IMG/VR virus record: IMGVR_UViG_3300034374_005671
Location: 1-64,000 of that record
DNA length: 64,000 bases
Strand: one strand, 5' to 3'
From: a virus
In this document: piece by piece, positions 48,301 to 56,618 of the stretch
How the letters are laid out: each line of letters opens with the position of its first letter
Position numbering within the stretch: position 1 is the stretch's first letter
Position numbers and translations under genes: made by a program
Notes under the pieces: model-generated
Database searches by the model: none
Told to the model about the DNA's origin: nothing
What the model saw: only the letters and a program-made list of their open reading frames with translations

Positions 48301-49445
48301 AGGTTGCAGAACGTATGGCTACTTATAGTACCACATATCAAACACTTGATAAATTTGGATTACAGTACTCTGCTCAAGTTATGTACACATTAGATATAAA
48401 TATGTTTGATGATTTGGCATTAATAGTTGAAAAATATACTACCTTAGTGAAAGAGGGTCAACCCCTTCCAAATAATTTAGAAGAATTAATGTTACAGGCG
48501 GGACTAAGTGCAGAAAGAGTTGATGCTTACAGGCAAAACCTTACGGTAGCAGCATATGCTTCTATATGGGCATACGCTACACAAGCAGATATTTTGATTG
48601 GAGAGCAAAGGTCAGCCACATTAAGAGAGGTTCTTGGTCAGAATGCTGCTGTATTTGACAATCAAATACAAAGACTAGAAAGAATGGATGTGTCAAATAT
48701 GACTCCTGCGCTGTTAAGACAAGCATTAGGCATACCAAGAAGAATAATTGAGGACTTTTTTGCTGAACAATCATTATATTTGTCAGGAACAGATGTTATG
48801 GAAAACATGACTAAAGACCAAATGTTAGGACTATTAGGCTCTATAGGTAACTTTATTGATAGAACGGTAGAAGAAGAAACAGCTACTCAAGTTCTACGTA
48901 ATTATATGGAATTTACTAGAGAGTTGAGAGAGATTGGATTAGACCTTAACGTATCAACTATAGTCCTTACTCAAGAGGGACTAGACTTTGGAACTGGTTC
49001 TCAGCTGGTTTTCAACGACTCAATTGATTTCCTAAGTGAATTTAACGATGTCGAAATGAGTGAGAAGGCCTTAGAGGATATATCGTTAAATAACGAAGTC
49101 ATTAAAGTTAAAAATGATAAGGGGAGCATGTCTGAAGTGAATGTATCCGACTTAACTCCTCAACTCTTAAGCAGTGAACAAGTTCAAAGTGATGTGAAGT
49201 ATGTTAATTCTATCTTAAACGAGCTAGGGGAAGGCATGCAAATGTCTACGGCATACATAGCAGCATCGCATCTTGTTAACGGAAACGCAACCGAGATTGT
49301 ATCTAGAATTTTTGAGAGCAGCAGAGATGTTGAGCAGGTAGTTAGATATAGAGAGTTCACTAGAACAGGAACCTTAAAACCTGTTAATGAGTTCTTTAAT
49401 AGAGAGACAGAAGAAAAAGAAGTAGAAAACCAAATTTGTAAATAA
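39387..49445 (+). CDS. Giant putative ejection protein (3352 aa) with membrane-inserting N-terminal helices and long coiled coils
   Basis: Gly/Ala hydrophobic helices, SEGFEEMAQG motif, extensive E/K/Q/A heptads. Confidence 0.65.
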   Translation: MAADSSPKFKLGQRTANITPQEVKQQSRPSSAAYNTGITKVDKSTYNADLIRNTHFIDPFEHYKPVGENMWASRYPNYRPYWSEDQWAEIQTSEEVRRNMRKRAWDGFWGSFAGGFKNTSENIGNVLGRDLGGLIVSDAGKKAGERMAAEEVLYPIYTSREMRLEDAKADPSIASSFMKYMPGGADPGRRWAQLGASSGFTLGTLATVAAEELALGALTSFTGGAAAPAAAVRTGKNLNRLRKAFKTMFSSGGDFLKTTKALAATKNVARGAKALGKGALYTARMANLASYEASMEAGMWMAESKENYIRDYMAENGGELPSNEELAEAYEKIEEGGDFLFTYNMPLLTMSNLIVLPNIIRPAIPFKFGTGFIPKTLFRGGKYKALGDVVKEGMQKTMGKRLGGFAFGTARLTGKVAKLAGSEGFEEMAQGIGGEAASSMYDPVNGEYADTLMEQISVIGNAAKESMGSGKGWDEFVAGGLMGLGFGGFGAVKTMVTGGKSQLQQNRETAAAMNAAMDDFIQATMFSADNINGATQTQIQAEILKAEQEGDTKRVKDLKNQARASLFMTMHRSGKGKDFVNDLMEQVEIMQEENPEGVELLLNGKTIEETKLELQQQYEQYSKDMDMYTSAFGINEMTDPNEYSATYNAAHFLAASGTKLRDGQARVENLRNDLAKELAESEDGKDADKTFKINEMFEVLMDPTKLPAAISSVYNSLETNKEILKNSTNEAEKKALQETIDKQEQYLFALNAINKQVFDKNGNISDNYDSAEAITTILNQMQKVAPSAVNESFRQKAKDLLKINAENQNITFFQNVLTDPKAREAYASKFVEAREIAQAKNALKKAKAGNRMVRGVDTDLANADSMTEQEFDEATGDAQFSPQDIDLVLSKLASIKQNRFTGKYVVNKKKYDTLEEAQDAALDSLPIQVKEKAAPYKEAFKKRANAIAQSKQDPKAVEAAQKREKPLRDRIKRAEKKQQAADVVRRGGGKTVAQTESALKKNQEALAKTKKDIKEAQTELNQATKAVEAENKKKKKDAAKLKEAKEKQAKAKEKVAELKQKQSDLNKAIKADTQYLPEIKKVEEKQNAIAEANKKGDLVTELSAIQDLIKAASTGEVILSKEQLANLVARRLEIENQGYSVEAPTVGQVMTEEMDNSYDVEEVVTEDLPEGMSVVKEVKQPKVSYQTEENADPEVKQKGKVVVAKGIGNKENFKELETQEKIEKNAAENNNPEGQKAAQEKIQDEKETIAANYMSKEEEKAEGAEEKSIKEKIDTETPLTEQERVERDDKLAARFKNAENSGPKTQNEVDNDATRLSRPQTESSRGVLGLVFDYAIMSLYYGQNLTGFLSNSASSNLQKLFGGLREKGKTQGNVSIAVIKLNDSLIPESEILIDLSENGKDKLPKNATDRDITRLSNRINKKLEAGETVVIRDSKNRLIIINRGLNTRPFLQAIEQKYSLYRDAYTGLIREGSANGKIFGSNFNEGQFTEQSKQRLGQLRIGDEVQLRIPNNEYNQNLIEQYQRGEITQRDVFANMAIEIVSDGHVVGLIPGSEKNSTYEVERFQRAEQLRAKVFGGKSKKAIDSVVSKVGKRTTGYLAGKVEVSQNFVKRAGKRNPAQDQTGQTNTVFVGLEQFEQDLADSGANVTVEYFVGEDPYTAVDANGKKIGNKEANRENSPFRKGAVYIKVTDNATQQTLTVQAVTPMFDSAGNPVVSPMTYNQNDLKSEAFKQELSTNLDGSTGQPIISTQIFVDGKSFSSNTNETNKSETVSDKFGETQQKGNVTVVPVGGKPVPVTGASIDNETDTFKGEGPDGPIEFPLAKIEDFAPYKETNSAARPKNAPQTSARKQADEALARLRRITKPAEVIDRSAVQAAAEIVKIERLVEGGLQLNEDEQKILDNAKAGLKNGGYSIETKIEGEVLDKVPTKTEAVTKLEEDDTLPEGVVVVKKVNRPAVTKGGNLVSGTGSNTGKPNYTLRVGTKKNTEHAEKKAELKREQDRLAALEEQQKKQQKESPKTRTVTQEETDAAIKELEDSLSSLSFRTGLEINEIEYGGFRPSITVGIETITDENGRETTREYVGDEAIAEARARGISLRIGNKPAHLKNTVRTLEINGKQYRVFGEFYPDGTVIYNASELDAAGIPIADLSASEFNELMASQEVEEITPEANVPTAQEQEVVEQAKLALEKKDPETGLTKQQTLEIKQGQLAAEDPGSADAKILEKEIAGLKEAIAVQTYKINYPAAHIIQLQLVKERLRLEKIREKTAAEKKRLSEVNKLIDEMDPATREQEIADKRFANRKSPTAKQKKALDDLTVKLKEKSKEQKRNGEFAERLNDNKKKIKELFPDLSAVADNLVKSKAKPAVKKAEPRVTAEQIAAKSDRVNQLQAELANIEKEIENNAVAQAKADNSNASEVRPSSKNKAIKNAKEGSEAIDVKNDTLQEELNQVNEELAKANKEFKETSQKVAELEQERLEALESVPEGERGAVAKVVEDTVTGSVEGTPKNRQVAKNNSAAIERMLQAEQQLSEARKKLSTLKKEREALNTQKNLNTQEGLTLEEQQKVTEEKNTERVARLNERQEQISKELADKKKQAASVSEEQEKALKAVEKRANKEVTLEEIQEEIDSLENTESGLIRRVNDIFEQSVSVKEVAKKLKALQGPTNIADFFTDTHKKRNLELSKRNGKDLVRQIDKRLKELKLAKQALEIKNSQENQEIQKLEQEFDNNANDLAAAEGAVEALNQEPLTNEEILEEVAAIENEEEIEALNEELSNSERETPLSPYEIFDLHDSATVEEVQQRFVQIVNENNFFDADVNTKLEILLAYKTLLQERGAAAQAISLDELLKRDDSRQARLDAVDVQETVAAKQAYIVQYGQEGDVFTMPDGTTYTVLSRNEEEDTITLSKEGYNPIVVSISDGTLAASELELDRQDVEENPPTDAEIMQLLEKLSQGIQLSPRENATMIVHKERIKEVAERMATYSTTYQTLDKFGLQYSAQVMYTLDINMFDDLALIVEKYTTLVKEGQPLPNNLEELMLQAGLSAERVDAYRQNLTVAAYASIWAYATQADILIGEQRSATLREVLGQNAAVFDNQIQRLERMDVSNMTPALLRQALGIPRRIIEDFFAEQSLYLSGTDVMENMTKDQMLGLLGSIGNFIDRTVEEETATQVLRNYMEFTRELREIGLDLNVSTIVLTQEGLDFGTGSQLVFNDSIDFLSEFNDVEMSEKALEDISLNNEVIKVKNDKGSMSEVNVSDLTPQLLSSEQVQSDVKYVNSILNELGEGMQMSTAYIAASHLVNGNATEIVSRIFESSRDVEQVVRYREFTRTGTLKPVNEFFNRETEEKEVENQICK

Positions 49446-49451
49446 TTTATT

Positions 49452-52400
49452 ATGGCTTGTAGCATAATTAAAAATAAATCAGGAGTACAATCAGTTCTTG
49501 CACCTAATGGTGTTGAATCTAATTTATACCAAGATTTACTTAAATTACCATTTATAGAGGGGCAGAATGATGCGCTCGTGTACCATAACAAAGCACAACA
49601 GTACGCAAAAGATTCTTTCTTTACAGATGGGAATGGGGAACCTGTTCTTATGTTTAGAGCAAGGTCTGCTCCAGACCAATTAGGCTTGATGGGCAATAAA
49701 CTAGTTTATACTACTTCTTTTGCTGAAGCTTTGGCACAAGACAAACAAGGGAAAGGTGTAGAGGTAGGGTTTATGCAGAAGAGAGCTAAAGCCAATGTTC
49801 TTGAAAAGTCTAACACTCCTGCTGAATTTTTTAGAAACACTAGAAATGCAGGACTAGAAATAGGAACAGGTGAACAAGTTCTATCCGAACTAGCAGGTTC
49901 TAAGTCTGTTGTTGTTACAACATCTCAAAATGACTTCAAACCTATTGCTCTTTTTAATAGAGAGACTGATGCTTCTACAGCCGCAGGGTTTGCCACTATG
50001 ACAATGAATTCAGGGTTTGTCAAAAACGAAAAAGTTAATTTATCTAATTTACTAGAGGCACAACCTGCATCAGAAGGGTCTCAGGTGGTAAATGTAGAAA
50101 CAAGAGAAACTGGGGGCCAACCTTCTTCAATAAACGTTATCGTAAATGATAATAACGTTGCTAACATTGATTTGCAACCTATGCTGAATGGTTTTGAAGT
50201 GCCACTGCTAGACTTATCAAATGAAGCATTCCCTGAGACTGTAGCGCATGACATGCTCAAGTTGGCTTTCGCCAAAGTAAAAAAACCTATCTATTCTTCT
50301 AGAGAACTATCTGAACAAGAACGTAATGTGTGGGAAACACTTGTACAGGAACAAGTGGCCACGCAAATGCCTGACGGTAGATATGTTTTAGAGCGCATCT
50401 CTGCGAAGAAAAGAAACAGCAAGAATCAAGATATTTCGATTGCACAATTAAAAAACAACGGGACTATACAAGTTAAATTTAACTCATCAGACCCTCACTA
50501 TGTGTATAAAGGGCAAGTGTACCGCAGTCAAGGAGCTTTAAATAAAGCAGTTAAATTAGATTTGAGAAGAGGTAATGTTAGCGTTACTACTCCCAATAAT
50601 TCTTTTGTGTTTGAATTACAAGACCCTCTTTTTGAAGGGGTGATAGAAGGGTTTGCTGAGGAGATGTTTGGAACTAAAGACTTCCTTACATTTTTTGAAC
50701 AGAATGGCAAGGTCTACATGATGATGGACGAGAATCATGCCAATCAAATATTTAGTGATGTTAAAACCTTTAAAAACCTCCAAGGACAAGAAATGGAGGT
50801 AGATGTACGAAAAGAGTACGAGAAAGTCAAGAAGGGAGGACAAATACAAGATATACCTGGTTTATCAGAAGCAGTTGAAAACATGCTCCTTAGAGATATG
50901 CAAGATGCAGCCCTAGAAGAGGCTAGAAGCCTTCTTGACATGTCAGAACAAGATAAAATGAGGCAACTAACAGGGTTCCTAGATAGACTAGGAATTAATT
51001 TAGTTAGTTTAGACGATTATAAAAAGAGTTACGAACAGAGATTTGGTGTACCGTTAGAGGCAAATGGTTTAGCTGATATGCTTAACAAAGTCGTTGTTCT
51101 TAGTAATGAAGCTGATTTATCTGTTCTAACAGAGGAGGTTGCTCACTTTGCAATCGAATTCTTTAACGACCAAGAAGTTCTTGAAAACATGCTCAAGAAC
51201 ATAGACCAAACTAACGCATACAAAGCGAATGCAGCTAACTACCGAGATGCGTATAGTAAAAAGACTCAGGGAGCAAAAGGTTTGGAGGGAGATGCCCTTG
51301 AGCGTAAAGTAAGAAAAGAGGTTCTAGGTAAAATACTTGCTGATAAAATACAGGATAACTTTGACCAAAGCAGTGCATCCAACTCAGTAGAAACTGGTAT
51401 ATTCAGTATTCTTAGAGACTTTTTTAATCGTTTCTTGGATATATTTACACCAAACAGAGGTAATGTACAATTCTTTGAAGAGTTTGGTCAAACAATAGAT
51501 AATATAGCTCGTGGGGTTGTTGACCCTAACCAAACAGGTATGTTTACTGAAAGGCAAAGTAATGAGTTTTACTTTAGCTTACAAGCTGACCCTACCATGC
51601 AAAGGCTTAGTCAGAGTCTTGCTACCTCAATGGCTTCATATCAAACAAAGTACTTGAGACTTTTAGGTACTGAGAGTGAGGGACTGTCTAAGAGTAACCA
51701 AATGAATGAGATTGTGCAAAAAGCACTTGACCATCAGTTATTGGAAAGTAGTGCTCAGTTTTTAGGTATCATGCGTTCCGATGTTGAAAAGGCTGCTGAT
51801 ATATTCGATAGAGCTGAACGTCAGGTGATAGAAGATTTAAGGCAAGCCAATGCTGGTAACCCACAAACATCTGCTAATGTATCGCCACAGGTTAAAGCAA
51901 ATTTAATTCTAGAAAAAATACCCACTCCTAATGTTATGAATCTAATCACTTATATGAGTGATGTGACTACTGACTTGGATGTTATTGATGCCTTCTTAAC
52001 AGATGCAGCTGCAAGTGACTTGTTTAACCCTAATGATGTTGTAAGGTTACAAGACCTATCTCAAGCAATTAGAACACAGACTGCCCAACTGAGGCCCGTT
52101 GTGGATTCGGTAATTAGAGCTCAAGTAAAATCAGACATTATCGATTTAGCTAGACAAAAAGGAGCTACTGAATCTATGATTAAAGATTTGGAAGCTAAGA
52201 TGTTGTCGGGTGCGGGTTTAAAGGATATGACAATGGCTGCTTCTTATCTATTCTCAGGGTCTGATATGATTTCTAATCCTATATTGTCGTATGGCCTCAT
52301 GGCTATAAGAGAGGAGCAAAATAACGCTAATGGTATGACAGAATCTTACTTTAGTGATTTTGTACAAAAACTCAGAGAAACTAATATGTTTGGCCGTGAG

Positions 52401-55400
52401 GAAGAGTTTTTTGAGAAAGCTGTTAATGGTTCTTATTTCAGGAGCCCTATCGATATAGGAGCTTTTATGAAAGACTTCAATGATGCCAAGCAAGAAATAA
52501 AAGACAAGTACAAAGAGAAAATATCTAAACTAGATACTACAACAGACGAAGGAAATTTTAAAAGACAAGAACTTCTTTCAGAGCAAGCTGAAGAATTACA
52601 AAAAGTCAACGAGAAATTTTTGATGAGCAGGTACGTAGAAAAGCCTGACAACAGAAGAAGAGAAAGAGACACAGTGAACCCTGTCAGCGGCCTTAAAACA
52701 AGAACGCAAGATGCTCAAAGAAGCATAGCTAAGTTTTCTAAGGCTAAAGCAGAGATATATTCAAGATATAGAGACCCTGATACAGGAGAATTTGTAAATA
52801 ATTTCTCTACGAGAGATTTAGATGCTTTAGATGAGATTAAAAAACAAATTAAATTAGAATCTAGTCTTTACAATGCAGCTTTTAGACCAAAGACAGGTGG
52901 TGAGTTGGCCACTGCCCTTGACTTACAGGATTATTATGAATCTTTCCAAGGTGGTGAGATGTCGGAAGCAGCAAAAGATGCATACTACGTGGCTAGAGAG
53001 AAGGTCAAAGCAGAATATGGAGAAAATTCTAAAAACTTTAAAGCTTGGGAAAAAGTATTTTCTATAGAAACTTATGCTGAAGAATCCGTAGAAACTCAGG
53101 CAGAACCTGTAGAGATAGATGAAGAAGCACTGAGAGATGCAAGTATTAAGTATGATGCTACTATAGCATCTATAAGAGCTATGATAAACACTGAGAATAT
53201 AGCTGAATCGGACATCACTCCTTCATTTCTGTATGAAGCTCTCAAGGAAAAAAGAAGAACTATTTTAGCCCCCTACAGGTCTGCTAAACTTAATAATGAG
53301 GTAGATGGAACTAGTTTTAGTAGAAACGAACTTGCTGTAGCAGAAGTTAGAAAGATAGACGAATACTTATCTTTTTTAGTTGGACCAAGAACAAAGAACA
53401 CCCCACGAGGTGAATTTGTAATGAATCAAGAAAGGACAAGCCCTTTCACATTCGAAGCTGTACCTAATCAGTCGTTTAAAGCAAAATTTTTGCAGCTATT
53501 GCAACTAGATAATGAAACAGGTGGCTCCCAACTACAAGATTGGCTCAGAACATTAGAATTAGCTCCAGGAAAATCAGATGGCGTATTCCCTATACCTAGA
53601 GATGCTTACTACGTTACGTTCAAAAAATACAAGGATGGCGTACTTGTTCCAAAAGAAAAAGGACCATCTTTCGTGTGGGAGAGTATGACAGGCGAATCTA
53701 AAGAGTTAAATCCTGATTTTAATTCTGATTTAATAGGTAAGTTTCATCAACCCAGTGCTTGGGCAATGGAAAAGTACCGAGATGACAAATATTTTGAATA
53801 TTTTGGAATTAAAAAGTCAGTTGACCCTTGGTCAGACGTAGCTACTAGAAATACAGATGTATTTGACCTTCTTACGTACTACCAAGAAACTAAGTACGAT
53901 GTTGATAGATATCAAGGGTTAAACAACCATTACTACTTAAGACCTCAAGTAAGAAAGATTGCTAATGAAAGACTTTATAAAGGTCTCACAGACCCATCTA
54001 CTATTCCTGGCTCATTTAAAACTTGGGCTAAAGAAACATTCGTTATTGACTCTACGGATGAAGAATTTGGTGCAGCAAGACCTGATGGCAGCAAACAAGC
54101 AGTAAGAGGGTCTAGAGCAATTCCAAGATATTTCCACATAGAAAAACCACAAGAGGAACTCACGCAAGATGTTGCTTACTCTATGGGTAGATACATGGAT
54201 GCAGGATTTAGATACATAGGTAGGTCTAGAGCATTAATGAAAGCACAGATGGCATTGTTCATGCTAGAGCAGAATGTATATGCAGAGACTGGTCCTGGGA
54301 TACTTAAACGTAAAGGTACTAGTAATTACGCACAGACCATGCGTGAGATGATTGATAGAGACATTTTTGGTAACTTAACTAGTGGTGCGCTAATAGGAAC
54401 TGATGTTAACATAGGTGGTAACCAAGTGAATGCTGCAAAGACAGTCAAAGCTCTTACTAAGTATAGTAAAGGACTTCTCATGTCAGGTAACCCGTTTGTA
54501 CCTGCTACTTCTTATGCTGCATCTAGATTGATGATTAGGGCCGTAGGTAGAGAAGGTAAATTATTCACGGAAAAAAGTAGACGTAGAGCAAGGAGGAAAT
54601 ATTTACTTGATACAGGTAAGTCTATTTTTGATGAAAATACAGGACAATTTATCCCTGGAAACAGAGCAACTTTGCTTATCCAGTATGCAGGGTTGAAAAG
54701 AGACGTAGAAGAGATGTTCACAGGTACTACTCTAAGTAGGGGACGTAGAGCAGCAAGACGTTTTAAACCAGGTAATATTACAGGATTCCAAATATTTAAC
54801 CAAATACAATCCGTTGAGGCTGTTACAGCTGCTTTAGATAACTTTAGGTTGTATGATGGTAAATTTTTGACTCATGCTGCTTTTGTAAATAAATTACTTG
54901 AGGAGACTAACATGACTCGTGACCAAATAGAAAAACAATGGGATAAGCTGAGTGACAAAACATACGACAATTTCTTGACTAGAGAGGGCGAAAGACTAGT
55001 TTTAAATAAAGAAGCACTTAAGAAAGAGGGATTTGACCCTAAAAGCTATCAAATGGTAGAGGCACAAGCAAAAGAATTAGCAAAAACAGCTAAATCTAAG
55101 ATAGATGCTAACTTAGAGGGCTCTCAAGCTGCCCTTCTATCAAGAAGACCTGAGCTCGCTCTTTTCTTCCCTTTCAAAAATTACTTATCTGTATTTTTAG
55201 GCTCTAGGCTTAAGAGGGGAGGATTCGACCCAGTAACAGGTATCTATGATGAAGGGGTGTATAACACTGTATTTGGAGGTACGAAAGGAAAAGATTTATT
55301 TAAAGCTCTTGGTGCTATGGCACTATCTGCAGCAAACTTTAGTGCAGCTAACAACTCTGTGTTATCTCTATTAGACAATACAGACCTTTCTGAAGCACAG

Positions 55401-56000
55401 AAAAGGAACTGGATTAGAATGGGAGCTGATGTTAGAATGTTTACCATCGCAGCACTGTCTGCTTACCTTCTAACTATGTTGGCTTATCAACAAGGGGCTG
55501 ATGGTGAAGAAGATGATTCTCTAGCACTGAACTTTGCATCGTATATCGCTACGAGAGTGTACTATGAGACATTCAGTTCAACTTTCTTTGGTACTGCTTT
55601 CACTCCTCAAGAGATTATGGGTCCAGGTGCAGCTATAGGTCAGTTAACATCTTTCCTTGGGGATACTGTTAAAATTTTAGGTTTTGACCCAACTGCAGAA
55701 GAGGATACTCGTTCTAAGGCAGAAATAGAAAGTGACAGAGGTATTATCAGTGTGCTTGGTATAGAATCACCAAGTGAGTTTACTGGTATGATGGGAGAGT
55801 TGTTTGATAGATATGTTCCCCTATATTATAACTTACACCGTGCAATGGAGTATAGAGCTAATCCTGCACAAATTAGGAAAACTGAATCTAATTACATAAG
55901 ATACAGACCTAGTGTGTTTGGCCAGTGGTTATATAAGTCTTCTAAAGAAAAAGGTAAGGGTGATGAGGGTAAGGCTAAAATAGGAGGAAGTGCATATTAA
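49452..56000 (+). CDS. Giant putative ejection protein (2182 aa) with degenerate zincin-like motif and C-terminal hydrophobic helices
   Basis: MAC...LAPNG.ESNLY N-terminus; TEEVAHFA at ~51129-51152; FTIAALSAYLLTMLAY near the C-terminus. Confidence 0.65.
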   Translation: MACSIIKNKSGVQSVLAPNGVESNLYQDLLKLPFIEGQNDALVYHNKAQQYAKDSFFTDGNGEPVLMFRARSAPDQLGLMGNKLVYTTSFAEALAQDKQGKGVEVGFMQKRAKANVLEKSNTPAEFFRNTRNAGLEIGTGEQVLSELAGSKSVVVTTSQNDFKPIALFNRETDASTAAGFATMTMNSGFVKNEKVNLSNLLEAQPASEGSQVVNVETRETGGQPSSINVIVNDNNVANIDLQPMLNGFEVPLLDLSNEAFPETVAHDMLKLAFAKVKKPIYSSRELSEQERNVWETLVQEQVATQMPDGRYVLERISAKKRNSKNQDISIAQLKNNGTIQVKFNSSDPHYVYKGQVYRSQGALNKAVKLDLRRGNVSVTTPNNSFVFELQDPLFEGVIEGFAEEMFGTKDFLTFFEQNGKVYMMMDENHANQIFSDVKTFKNLQGQEMEVDVRKEYEKVKKGGQIQDIPGLSEAVENMLLRDMQDAALEEARSLLDMSEQDKMRQLTGFLDRLGINLVSLDDYKKSYEQRFGVPLEANGLADMLNKVVVLSNEADLSVLTEEVAHFAIEFFNDQEVLENMLKNIDQTNAYKANAANYRDAYSKKTQGAKGLEGDALERKVRKEVLGKILADKIQDNFDQSSASNSVETGIFSILRDFFNRFLDIFTPNRGNVQFFEEFGQTIDNIARGVVDPNQTGMFTERQSNEFYFSLQADPTMQRLSQSLATSMASYQTKYLRLLGTESEGLSKSNQMNEIVQKALDHQLLESSAQFLGIMRSDVEKAADIFDRAERQVIEDLRQANAGNPQTSANVSPQVKANLILEKIPTPNVMNLITYMSDVTTDLDVIDAFLTDAAASDLFNPNDVVRLQDLSQAIRTQTAQLRPVVDSVIRAQVKSDIIDLARQKGATESMIKDLEAKMLSGAGLKDMTMAASYLFSGSDMISNPILSYGLMAIREEQNNANGMTESYFSDFVQKLRETNMFGREEEFFEKAVNGSYFRSPIDIGAFMKDFNDAKQEIKDKYKEKISKLDTTTDEGNFKRQELLSEQAEELQKVNEKFLMSRYVEKPDNRRRERDTVNPVSGLKTRTQDAQRSIAKFSKAKAEIYSRYRDPDTGEFVNNFSTRDLDALDEIKKQIKLESSLYNAAFRPKTGGELATALDLQDYYESFQGGEMSEAAKDAYYVAREKVKAEYGENSKNFKAWEKVFSIETYAEESVETQAEPVEIDEEALRDASIKYDATIASIRAMINTENIAESDITPSFLYEALKEKRRTILAPYRSAKLNNEVDGTSFSRNELAVAEVRKIDEYLSFLVGPRTKNTPRGEFVMNQERTSPFTFEAVPNQSFKAKFLQLLQLDNETGGSQLQDWLRTLELAPGKSDGVFPIPRDAYYVTFKKYKDGVLVPKEKGPSFVWESMTGESKELNPDFNSDLIGKFHQPSAWAMEKYRDDKYFEYFGIKKSVDPWSDVATRNTDVFDLLTYYQETKYDVDRYQGLNNHYYLRPQVRKIANERLYKGLTDPSTIPGSFKTWAKETFVIDSTDEEFGAARPDGSKQAVRGSRAIPRYFHIEKPQEELTQDVAYSMGRYMDAGFRYIGRSRALMKAQMALFMLEQNVYAETGPGILKRKGTSNYAQTMREMIDRDIFGNLTSGALIGTDVNIGGNQVNAAKTVKALTKYSKGLLMSGNPFVPATSYAASRLMIRAVGREGKLFTEKSRRRARRKYLLDTGKSIFDENTGQFIPGNRATLLIQYAGLKRDVEEMFTGTTLSRGRRAARRFKPGNITGFQIFNQIQSVEAVTAALDNFRLYDGKFLTHAAFVNKLLEETNMTRDQIEKQWDKLSDKTYDNFLTREGERLVLNKEALKKEGFDPKSYQMVEAQAKELAKTAKSKIDANLEGSQAALLSRRPELALFFPFKNYLSVFLGSRLKRGGFDPVTGIYDEGVYNTVFGGTKGKDLFKALGAMALSAANFSAANNSVLSLLDNTDLSEAQKRNWIRMGADVRMFTIAALSAYLLTMLAYQQGADGEEDDSLALNFASYIATRVYYETFSSTFFGTAFTPQEIMGPGAAIGQLTSFLGDTVKILGFDPTAEEDTRSKAEIESDRGIISVLGIESPSEFTGMMGELFDRYVPLYYNLHRAMEYRANPAQIRKTESNYIRYRPSVFGQWLYKSSKEKGKGDEGKAKIGGSAY

Positions 56001-56031
56001 ATCTCTCTTTATCACAATCTAAATTACAATT

Positions 56032-56139
56032 ATGAGTTGGGGAAAAGCAATGTGGAAGTTATATCTTTTTTGCTGGGCATTGATGGCAGGACTTCTAGGC
56101 ACGATGACTTACGTAGCCCTTAAACATTTTATATTTTAG
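56032..56139 (+). CDS. Small single-TM membrane peptide (35 aa), not in the ORF track
   Basis: MSWGKAMWKLYLFCWALMAGLLGTMTYVALKHFIF*. Confidence 0.5.
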   Translation: MSWGKAMWKLYLFCWALMAGLLGTMTYVALKHFIF

Positions 56140-56143
56140 GCAT

Positions 56144-56168
56144 AAAAAAAGGGGAGCTTTCGCTCCCC
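56144..56168 (-). terminator. Rho-independent terminator of the minus-strand module
   Basis: Minus strand GGGGAGC-GAAA-GCTCCCC-TTTTTTT at the convergence point. Confidence 0.9.
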
Positions 56169-56192
56169 ACACACTGGAAAAAGATGATAAGC

Positions 56193-56588
56193 TTAGGCTT
56201 CAGTAGTAGCCTCTGCTTGTTGGTTTTCAGCTTCCTCAGCTTCCATAGCTTTAGTCTGCATAGCTTTCTTATAATCATCGAAATTCATCGTATGACCGTC
56301 CTCAAAGAAACGTCTGTGCATAGTACGATAAATCATACCATATAACTCAGCGATTGGTTGAGCGTAAGGTTGCATAAAGTGCCCGATAGGTTGGTTATTT
56401 TCACCGAACACTGCTTGGGTATTGTCATGGAGAAACTTCTCCAATCTACCCTTAATCTGCATCATCTCTGCACCATACATAGTAAGCTCCGTGTCGGGAG
56501 CATACATTTCCTGTTCGATAGCTTCATAATTGAAGTCATCATTTTGGGGAGTTGCCCCGTTCTGTGAAGTCTTTACTTCAGTTGCCAT
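56193..56588 (-). CDS. Hypothetical acidic protein
   Basis: 131-aa ORF with A-rich start, last gene before the terminator. Confidence 0.65.
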   Translation of the reverse strand: MATEVKTSQNGATPQNDDFNYEAIEQEMYAPDTELTMYGAEMMQIKGRLEKFLHDNTQAVFGENNQPIGHFMQPYAQPIAELYGMIYRTMHRRFFEDGHTMNFDDYKKAMQTKAMEAEEAENQQAEATTEA

Positions 56589-56618
56589 AATAATTGGTTT
56601 AAATTAAAAAATACAAAT

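Noticed and set aside
481-55447. Numerous minus-strand ORFs of 60-194 aa opposite the structural genes, and plus-strand ORFs opposite the replication genes
   Set aside because: They are shadow frames fully overlapping long, motif-bearing genes, with Ser/Leu/Phe-rich antisense composition.
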